Part shown: piece by piece, positions 56,889 to 64,000 of the stretch
Layout: each line of letters starts with the position of its first letter
Numbering within the stretch: position 1 is the first letter of the stretch
The notes under the pieces: model-generated
Databases searched by the model: none
Seen by the model: the letters and a program-made list of their open reading frames with translations, nothing else
What the model was told of the DNA's origin: nothing
Made by a program: the position numbers and the translations under genes
Virus record (IMG/VR): IMGVR_UViG_3300032291_002681
Location: 27,071-91,070 of that record
Reading direction: 5' to 3' (one strand)
Source of the DNA: a virus
Length of the DNA stretch: 64,000 nucleotides

Positions 56889-57574
56889 GTGTACCAATTA
56901 TAGTATATACACATACTGATATGAAAGATATTTGGCCAATGTTTTTTGGGCAATTAAAAAAGTATATTGGTGATACGAAAGTATATGTTGCAGTTAATGA
57001 AGATGATACGCAAATATCCGATTATATACGCATTATATACGATGATACCAAAGAATATACTGAAAGATGGAAAGATATTTTGGATAAGATAGATGAAGAA
57101 ACTTTTATGTTTATGCATGAAGATATGATTTTATTTGATAAAATTGATTTCCAATCATTAGAAAAGTATATAGGTTATATTAATAACGAATCAGCTGAAA
57201 GTATTAAACTTATATTAGCCGGTGATGGATTTATTGAATCTTCGTTTGATAAAACATTAGTAACAAATCAATATTCTAAATTTTCAATACAACCAACAAT
57301 AACAACTAAAAAAGTATTTAGAGGACATATTGATACGTTACCTAAACTTAATATTTGGCAATTCGAAGAAGCTGTTATTACACATGGTAGTGATTATATG
57401 GTTAGAATTGGCGGAGAGAGAAAGAGAGGCTTGTATCACTACGATAGTTTGGTATTCCCTTACATAGCAACCGCAATTAACAAAGGAAAGTGGAATCTAA
57501 TAGAATATCAGAAAGAACTTAATCCTATGTTTGAAGAATATAATATAAACCCATTTGAAAGAGGAATGTCATGA
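56879..57574 (+). CDS. Hypothetical protein, GT-A-like
   Basis: FMHED (xED) motif, WQFE, KGKW; glycosylation operon context. Confidence 0.5.
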   Translation: MGISVPIIVYTHTDMKDIWPMFFGQLKKYIGDTKVYVAVNEDDTQISDYIRIIYDDTKEYTERWKDILDKIDEETFMFMHEDMILFDKIDFQSLEKYIGYINNESAESIKLILAGDGFIESSFDKTLVTNQYSKFSIQPTITTKKVFRGHIDTLPKLNIWQFEEAVITHGSDYMVRIGGERKRGLYHYDSLVFPYIATAINKGKWNLIEYQKELNPMFEEYNINPFERGMS

Positions 57575-58935
57575 CGAAATTAATAGTATTCGATTTAGAT
57601 GGTGTGCTAGTCGAAGCAAAAGAAATACACTACAATACCCTAAACCAAGCTCTAAAAGAAATTGATGAGAAGTATATAATTACTGAAGCTGAACATCTAT
57701 CAACTTACGATGGATTAAAGACAACTCAAAAGCTTGAGATGCTTACAAAGAATAAAGGATTACATACTGAATTCTACGATAGTATTTGGTATAGAAAGCA
57801 ACACTTAACTATCGAAGCTATTTCAGAGCTACAACCGGATTTACAAAAGATTGAGTTGTTCAAAGAACTTCGTAATATGGGATACAAATTGGCAGTTGCT
57901 TCAAACTCAATTAGAAGGTCTGTGTTGGTTATGTTAGCAAAGATAGGGATTATTGAGTATATGGATTTAATCATCTCTAATGAGGATGTAAAGAACTCCA
58001 AACCACATCCTGAAATGTATTGGAAAGCTATGAGTATGATGGGATGCTTGCCCGAAGAAACTCTAATTGTTGAGGACTCACCGCATGGTTTATTGGCAGC
58101 AAGTAGAAGTAGAGCAACTGTACTAAGAGTAGATAATCCAAAAGATTTGACATTAGAAAAAATAGTAAACAAATTAAACGAAAATAAAAGTATGAGTATT
58201 CCAAAATGGCAAGGTGGTAAGATGAATGTTCTTATCCCAATGGCCGGAGCAGGTAGCAGATTTGCACAAGCTGGTTATACGTTTCCAAAACCACTAATTG
58301 ATGTGGAAGGTAAACCAATGATTCAGGTTGTTGTTGATAATTTAAACATCGATGCTACATTTATTTATGTAGTTCAAAAATCACATAGAGAACAATACAA
58401 CTTAGATACCCTTTTAAATCTAATCACTCCTAATTGTAAGATTGTGGAAGTTGATGGATTAACCGAAGGAGCAGCTTGTACAACTCTATTAGCAAAAGAA
58501 TTCATTGATTCAGATTCGCCTTTACTTATGGCAAACTCTGACCAATTCTTAGAGTGGGATAGTAATGAGTTTATGTATAAGATGATTGAGCAAAAAGTTG
58601 ATGGTGGTATTCTTTCATTCCATTCAACACATCCGAAATGGTCATTCGCTAAAGTGGATGAATATGGATATGTAACCGAAGTACAAGAAAAGAATCCAAT
58701 TTCAGATATTGCAACTGTTGGTGTGTATTATTGGGCTAAAGGTTCTGATTATGTAAAGTACGCAGAACAAATGATTGAAAAAAATATCAGAACTAATAAT
58801 GAGTTCTATGTTTGTCCTGTTTACAACGAAGCAATTGCTGATTGTAAGAAAATTAAAACATTCAACATTGATAAAATGTGGGGGTTAGGAACTCCTGAAG
58901 ATTTAAAACATTATTTAGAAAATTATGGAAAATAA
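57571..58935 (+). CDS. HAD phosphatase fused to a sugar-phosphate nucleotidyltransferase
   Basis: FDLDGVL, KPHP, EDS (HAD); IPMAGAGSRF...PKPLI, EK, LGTPEDL (NTP transferase). Confidence 0.88.
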   Translation: MTKLIVFDLDGVLVEAKEIHYNTLNQALKEIDEKYIITEAEHLSTYDGLKTTQKLEMLTKNKGLHTEFYDSIWYRKQHLTIEAISELQPDLQKIELFKELRNMGYKLAVASNSIRRSVLVMLAKIGIIEYMDLIISNEDVKNSKPHPEMYWKAMSMMGCLPEETLIVEDSPHGLLAASRSRATVLRVDNPKDLTLEKIVNKLNENKSMSIPKWQGGKMNVLIPMAGAGSRFAQAGYTFPKPLIDVEGKPMIQVVVDNLNIDATFIYVVQKSHREQYNLDTLLNLITPNCKIVEVDGLTEGAACTTLLAKEFIDSDSPLLMANSDQFLEWDSNEFMYKMIEQKVDGGILSFHSTHPKWSFAKVDEYGYVTEVQEKNPISDIATVGVYYWAKGSDYVKYAEQMIEKNIRTNNEFYVCPVYNEAIADCKKIKTFNIDKMWGLGTPEDLKHYLENYGK

Positions 58936-59554
58936 TATAAAAGAAAGCTGGTATCATCCGGATTGGCAAGTTAATAGAATAAATTTTATTCTTTCAAAAT
59001 ATCCAAAAGAATTTTTCAAAGGAAAACGAATATTAGAATTAGGAGCATGTAATGGTTATATAAGTGCATATTTTAAATCAATTGGAGCGGAAGTTTTTGT
59101 AGTTGAAGGCCGAAGCGAAAATGTAGAAAAAATAAAAGAATACTATCCTGATTTGAATGTAGAGCAATATAATTTAGACACTGATGAATGGAAGTGGGGC
59201 AAGTGGGATATTATTATTAATTTTGGATTATACTACCATTTAGAAAAATTTCATAAAGAGCATTTAGAAAATTGTATTAATAACTGTGATTTGATGTTTT
59301 TTGAAACCGTAGTATATGACAGTGTTGAATCAGGATTATATTTTAGATATGAAGAAGGGTATGACCAATCACTAAGTAATAATGGTGGTACGCCATCAAC
59401 TTCGTATGTTGAAAATATATTCAATGAGAATAATAAAAACTATGAAAAATTTAAAGATACTTCACTAAATGCATATCAGCATTTTTATGATTGGGAAGAT
59501 ACTGGAAATAATATATTCCATCAAAACCAAAGAAGATTTTGGATAGTAAATTAA
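58925..59554 (+). CDS. Class I SAM-dependent methyltransferase
   Basis: ILELGACNG, VEGR, FGLYYHL. Confidence 0.8.
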   Translation: MENNIKESWYHPDWQVNRINFILSKYPKEFFKGKRILELGACNGYISAYFKSIGAEVFVVEGRSENVEKIKEYYPDLNVEQYNLDTDEWKWGKWDIIINFGLYYHLEKFHKEHLENCINNCDLMFFETVVYDSVESGLYFRYEEGYDQSLSNNGGTPSTSYVENIFNENNKNYEKFKDTSLNAYQHFYDWEDTGNNIFHQNQRRFWIVN

Positions 59555-59557
59555 TTT

Positions 59558-60220
59558 ATGAAAGTAGCTATATTACTCGCCGGACCATATAGAGGTAATC
59601 TAACCAATATTACAAATCATAGTAAAATAGTAGGTAACTATGATACCTATGTTTCTTGCTTTGAACATTATAAAGAAGATTGGATTAATAGTGGCTGGCC
59701 AACGAAAAAAATATTTACAACTCCTAATATTAATTTTAAGGAAACTAATTGGGCTAAGAATAGGGCTGATGAAGCTGGGCAATCTGGATTTTGGCAGTTT
59801 TGGAATTTAAAAAATGTAATCAATAATATTGAAGAAGATTATGATTGGTATATAAAAAGTAGATGTGATTTGAATTTTCAATCAGGAGAATTATCACAAC
59901 ACTTCTTTTCAACATTAGAACCAAATACATTATATACATCAATCCATAGATTTTCAGTAGGAACACCTGATTTATCTCTTGTAAATGACCAATTTTATAT
60001 TGCGGATTTTAAAGTTATGGATATAATATCAAAATTTCCAACTAAATATTATAACAAAGAAAGAAAAGAATCTCCCGTATCAAATGAACGAAGTTTAACA
60101 ATTTGGTTGGCTGAAAATGGTGTGAACGTGAAGCAAATACAAGACATATTATATAATAAAAATCATAATGGAGTAGATACCTCAAGTGGTATTAGTGGTT
60201 TTCAATTAGAAACAATTTAA
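59558..60220 (+). CDS. Putative glycosyltransferase-like protein
   Basis: MKVAILLAG..R, YDWYIKSRCD, NDQF, E; resembles 56160..56888. Confidence 0.5.
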   Translation: MKVAILLAGPYRGNLTNITNHSKIVGNYDTYVSCFEHYKEDWINSGWPTKKIFTTPNINFKETNWAKNRADEAGQSGFWQFWNLKNVINNIEEDYDWYIKSRCDLNFQSGELSQHFFSTLEPNTLYTSIHRFSVGTPDLSLVNDQFYIADFKVMDIISKFPTKYYNKERKESPVSNERSLTIWLAENGVNVKQIQDILYNKNHNGVDTSSGISGFQLETI

Positions 60221-60223
60221 AGA

Positions 60224-61456
60224 ATGACAAATTATCAAAGAGTTACATTTATTATACCTTGTAGGAATAATGTAAAATATTTAAAGCAAGCAATTAATAG
60301 TATTGAAGATTGTTATGGTGATACACATAATATAGTAATATTAGATGATGCTTCAACCGATGGTACTTGGGAATGGGTACAATTAATGGAAGATAAACAT
60401 CCATATATTAAATCATATAGAAACGAAGGACCTGATAGAGTGGGACATACGGTACTATATGATATTGGTATTAGTTTAGCGGAAACGCCTGTTGTTACTA
60501 TCTTACATTCGGATATGATTGTTACACAAAACTATGTAGGTAATATGTTAAAGAACTTAACACCATTATCTGTTGTAAGTGCTACTCGTATCGAACCACC
60601 ACTACATCCACCGGGTCCTGAAAAGTATGTTAAGGATTTTGGTATGGAGCCGGAAACATTTGATACCAATGCTTTCAAAAAGTTTGTATATGAAACCGAA
60701 TATGTAATGGAAGATAAAACTACCAATGGTATATTTGCACCTTGGATGTTATACAAAGAAGATTTTAGAAGTATGGGTGGACATGATAAATTGTTTGCAC
60801 CTATGGAGTTGGAAGATTCTGATATATTCAATAGATTCCATTTATGTGATTACAAATTAATTCAAAGTAGAGATGCATTTGTATATCACATGACTTGTAG
60901 AGGCAGTAGATTTAAAGATGGTATTGAAATTGAAAAAGAAATACCATTACCAGATGGAACTATTTGGTACAAACCAAAAGATTCAAAAGAATATTTGGAA
61001 TTAAGACAAAACAAATTCAAAGAGTGGTGGAGAAAGTGGCATACTGATGTATTGCATGATGAATTGATGATGCCAATTGTACCTAATAGATATGATACTA
61101 CTTTTGTAGTTCACAATTGCCAACCACAACTATTAGCAGTATTAGAGCCTTGGTGTGATAGATTGTATGTTGATTGTAATTATCAATGGTATGTAGATGA
61201 AGAACAAAATGAAACTATGTTTGATATATCCGATAAGATTCATGCAATCGGAGATGAGATGAAAGGTGATGTACAAATAATGTTTGATGGTTCTAAATTG
61301 ACAAATGAAAACTTTACATCATTTGTAAAAAACATACCATTTATAATTCAGCAAACTGATTCAGTTGGAAGTTTTGAATGGGATATATTTCAACTACACA
61401 TATTTAATTTAAGAACAAAAGATATGGTAGCACCATTCTTTAAAAATGTATTTTAA
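60224..61456 (+). CDS. Glycosyltransferase family 2
   Basis: FIIPCRN, DDASTDGT, HSD, GGHD, EDSD. Confidence 0.88.
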   Translation: MTNYQRVTFIIPCRNNVKYLKQAINSIEDCYGDTHNIVILDDASTDGTWEWVQLMEDKHPYIKSYRNEGPDRVGHTVLYDIGISLAETPVVTILHSDMIVTQNYVGNMLKNLTPLSVVSATRIEPPLHPPGPEKYVKDFGMEPETFDTNAFKKFVYETEYVMEDKTTNGIFAPWMLYKEDFRSMGGHDKLFAPMELEDSDIFNRFHLCDYKLIQSRDAFVYHMTCRGSRFKDGIEIEKEIPLPDGTIWYKPKDSKEYLELRQNKFKEWWRKWHTDVLHDELMMPIVPNRYDTTFVVHNCQPQLLAVLEPWCDRLYVDCNYQWYVDEEQNETMFDISDKIHAIGDEMKGDVQIMFDGSKLTNENFTSFVKNIPFIIQQTDSVGSFEWDIFQLHIFNLRTKDMVAPFFKNVF

Positions 61457-62349
61457 TGGCTAAGAAAAGAACACTTATTTGCATACATGTTATGCCATCC
61501 GAAATTGAAATGTTTGAAAGACTAATGTTTCAACTTCGCAAATCACTTAGTCATTTAGATGATAATGACGATGTTACATTAAAAGTAACACTAAATCTAA
61601 ATCCAGAATTGACGGATTGGGAAAATAGTGAATTGAAAAATGGGTATTTTATATCTCGTTTTGCAGTACTATTCAATGGTATAAAAAACATCAACGAAAT
61701 AATATTAGATACTACTTGTTGGGGGACTACACAACAAAAGAGGGAAAGTTATAAGTTAGATTATGACCAGTTTATATTCTGTGACACTGATATAATTTTT
61801 CACGAACACATGTTAAAATATCAATTGAATACATCATATCAATTAGATGGTACTTATATTATATCACCATCTCTTGCTAAGTGGTGGGATAGTAGTTGGG
61901 ATGTATTGTGCCACTCTGATTATAAAGATAAAGAATATGGATATGGTATGACAGAAGAAGCGGCTAAAAATGTACCAATCCAACAAATTAAACAAGTAAA
62001 TGTAAACCAAATACCAATTATCAAATTTGGATGTGGAATGCATACTTTATATTCTAAATCATTTTGGGAATTAATTACTATTCCAGATGAATTAGGCGGA
62101 TACGGACCGGAAGATACCTATGGAATGGCCGCGGCATCCGTAGCAATAAAACTGGGATGTGATGTTAAGCAGTTTGTAATGGATGGTGTTTATATTACCG
62201 AAGATTATATAAATAGAACCCCTTCATTTGAAGGAAAAATTAAATCAATAGATAAGAAAAAAGAATTTTACGATACCGCTCACGCTAAAGGACCGGAATT
62301 GGTGAAGAAATTTGCAACGGATTTGATAAGAAAACAATCCAATTCATAA
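61456..62349 (+). CDS. Putative glycosyltransferase (GT-A)
   Basis: FCDTD (DxD) and GYGPED (GT7/GT2 C-terminal-like). Confidence 0.65.
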   Translation: MAKKRTLICIHVMPSEIEMFERLMFQLRKSLSHLDDNDDVTLKVTLNLNPELTDWENSELKNGYFISRFAVLFNGIKNINEIILDTTCWGTTQQKRESYKLDYDQFIFCDTDIIFHEHMLKYQLNTSYQLDGTYIISPSLAKWWDSSWDVLCHSDYKDKEYGYGMTEEAAKNVPIQQIKQVNVNQIPIIKFGCGMHTLYSKSFWELITIPDELGGYGPEDTYGMAAASVAIKLGCDVKQFVMDGVYITEDYINRTPSFEGKIKSIDKKKEFYDTAHAKGPELVKKFATDLIRKQSNS

Positions 62350-62385
62350 ATCTTTATATTTATATCTAAATTGTTAAGTATATAA

Positions 62386-63435
62386 ATGGAAAAGCAACTT
62401 AAAGAAAGAATACGTTCTGTGGTTAGAGAGGGATTTATTTCAGAATTATCTAAAAACGATGTTCATGTAAAGGAAATAATGAAATTCTACGATAAGGGTA
62501 CATATAGCACTAAAAAGGCAGTATCTATATTTGTGTCAGGTAAAACTAATGCAACTAGAAATCAAATATTAGATGATTTGGGTGATATGGGGTATAATGA
62601 TGCTTGGGAAGTAATGGACCATTTTAAACTTAAAATAGAATCGGCAAACGAAGCATCAGTTCCAACTGGAGAAAGAATACAAAACCTTAATAATAGAATT
62701 AAAGCACTAAAAGATAAACTATCTGCAACTAAATCACCAGAACAAAAGAAATTGTTTCAAGATAGATTAAAAAACGCATTACAAACACTTTCTAATATAA
62801 AGAAAGATTATAGTATTAAAAAAGAATCTACAAACGAAAATGCACTAAACGAAGGATTTGGAGATTCTATAAAGAAGATTAGAAACTTAGCAATTAAGAT
62901 GGCTTCTACAAAATACGATAGAGCTAAATCACATCTTAATTTAGATAAAATAGCATCTGCTGAAGAATTCAATGGTACTGACGCTATGAACAAAGCAACT
63001 GCTGCGTTATTACAACAAAATGATTTGGATGAGGACCTTAAAGCTACAATTAATAAGATTGCAGTTAAATTAGGAACTGGTTCTACTATGTTGAGTATTA
63101 TTACCGCATTGGTATCTATGAGTGGTTGGATACAATATTTAAATTCTACATTTACAAGATGGTACTATTCCGAAATTCAGAAATTAGCAGAACCGGAAGT
63201 AATGGATATAATGCAAAGTATGGGCAGAGCTGGACAAGCGGAAGGTTCTATATGGGGTAAATTAGGAATGTACGCATTTTTCATATTTTTTACAATAGCA
63301 GTTATTTCATTAGTAGCAGCTAGAATGACACAAAAACCAAAAAAAGAATACGTTGACAAGAAAGGTGTAGAGCGTGTAGCTGCAGCGTTACCTCAAACAG
63401 AAGAAGAACCAATAAAAGAATGTAAAACTTGTTAA
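62386..63435 (+). CDS. Hypothetical protein with a coiled coil and two predicted transmembrane segments; possible virion-internal protein
   Basis: Upstream ATATTTAT; repeated x-x-E motifs (LKE, ISE, LNE, LDE); two hydrophobic stretches. Confidence 0.6.
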   Translation: MEKQLKERIRSVVREGFISELSKNDVHVKEIMKFYDKGTYSTKKAVSIFVSGKTNATRNQILDDLGDMGYNDAWEVMDHFKLKIESANEASVPTGERIQNLNNRIKALKDKLSATKSPEQKKLFQDRLKNALQTLSNIKKDYSIKKESTNENALNEGFGDSIKKIRNLAIKMASTKYDRAKSHLNLDKIASAEEFNGTDAMNKATAALLQQNDLDEDLKATINKIAVKLGTGSTMLSIITALVSMSGWIQYLNSTFTRWYYSEIQKLAEPEVMDIMQSMGRAGQAEGSIWGKLGMYAFFIFFTIAVISLVAARMTQKPKKEYVDKKGVERVAAALPQTEEEPIKECKTC

Positions 63436-63437
63436 GT

Positions 63438-63752
63438 ATGGAAAATTTGTATTCAGTATTAATTACAGCAATCACCGTATTAGGTGGAACGGGTGCTTGG
63501 AGATATTATGAAAAGAGAGCACTCAATAAAGAAAGAGATGATGAGTTTATCAGACACGATTGTAAAGACCGTATCACTAAATTAGAGGCCTTATTAGAAA
63601 ATAGTTCAAAAGAGAAAGATGAACTTCGTACTATGGTGTTGGAACTTACAAAAGAAGTGGCAGCATTGGGTGTTAAAGTTGAATTCCTTACAAAAGAGAA
63701 CGATAAGTTAGAAAAAGCACTCCCAAAGACTAAGAGACAAATAAACGGGTAG
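63438..63752 (+). CDS. Membrane-anchored coiled-coil protein
   Basis: N-terminal hydrophobic helix followed by heptad repeats. Confidence 0.6.
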   Translation: MENLYSVLITAITVLGGTGAWRYYEKRALNKERDDEFIRHDCKDRITKLEALLENSSKEKDELRTMVLELTKEVAALGVKVEFLTKENDKLEKALPKTKRQING

Positions 63753-63753
63753 G

Positions 63754-64000
63754 ATGCCAATATCAAGAACATTGTTTACGGAAAGTAAAAAATTAAGAAT
63801 ATTTGATTTTGATGATACACTTGTCAAAACAAACTCGTTTATATACATCACTCATAAAGATGGTAAGAAATCAAAACTAAGTCCTGGTGAATATGCAGTT
63901 TATAAAGAAAGACCTGGTGACCAATATGATTTTTCCGATTTCCAAAAAGTAACAGACCCTAAATTAATTAAAGGATATGTTGAGTTATTAAGGAGAATGG
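63754..64000 (+). CDS. HAD-superfamily protein, 3'-truncated by the window edge
   Basis: MPISRTLFTESKKLRIFDFDDTLV carries HAD motif I (DxDxT). The frame is open to the end of the window. Confidence 0.7.
   Translation, partial: MPISRTLFTESKKLRIFDFDDTLVKTNSFIYITHKDGKKSKLSPGEYAVYKERPGDQYDFSDFQKVTDPKLIKGYVELLRRM

Noticed and set aside
63438-63752. Holin or spanin call
   Set aside because: The topology is compatible, but the gene is far from the endolysin and has no diagnostic motif; left as a membrane-anchored coiled-coil protein.
563-63772. Numerous minus-strand ORFs and short alternative-frame plus-strand ORFs in the track
   Set aside because: Almost all lie inside clear + strand genes, lack motifs and reflect codon bias or repeats (e.g. 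the VPEVPD shadows of the GTS repeats). 22194..22397 spans a terminator and promoters.
1-64000. Stop-codon reassignment
   Set aside because: Genes are full length and densely packed in code 11, and TAA, TGA and TAG all occur as gene ends.

Overview
This window is a 64-kb slice of a large, AT-rich, T4-like (contractile-tailed) phage genome. Essentially all real genes are on the + strand in the standard code. About 12 copies of the Bacteroidota housekeeping promoter (TTTG-N19/20-TAnnTTTG), mostly SD-less A-rich start contexts, a 'Q-rule' signal peptide and a tmRNA tag ending YAVAA point to a Bacteroidota host. Order of modules: (1) 1-11.9 kb tail and baseplate (sheath, tube, gp26/gp51-like pair with a candidate frameshift, tape measure, tube initiator-, LysM- and hub-like proteins); (2) a phage tmRNA with a predicted 25-residue tag; (3) 12.4-22.2 kb accessory genes (ParB-like proteins, a short family-A polymerase, a secreted NucA-like nuclease, putative head-internal proteins, AdoMet decarboxylase, GH19 endolysin); (4) 22.4-43.4 kb replication and nucleotide metabolism (SSB, RecA/UvsX, 5'-3' exonuclease, helicase, Hc1 histone-like protein, RNR, thioredoxin, clamp, PolB, dUTPase, clamp loader). 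Embedded in this module is an AsnB-like amidotransferase + GNAT + three paralogous SPPY methyltransferases, a candidate undescribed replisome-coupled DNA modification system; (5) 43.4-62.3 kb, about 17 glycosyltransferase, sugar-tailoring and associated genes around a Gly-Thr-Ser triplet-repeat fibre, a candidate virion glycosylation system. All calls come from motif recognition and gene context; no database searches were run.
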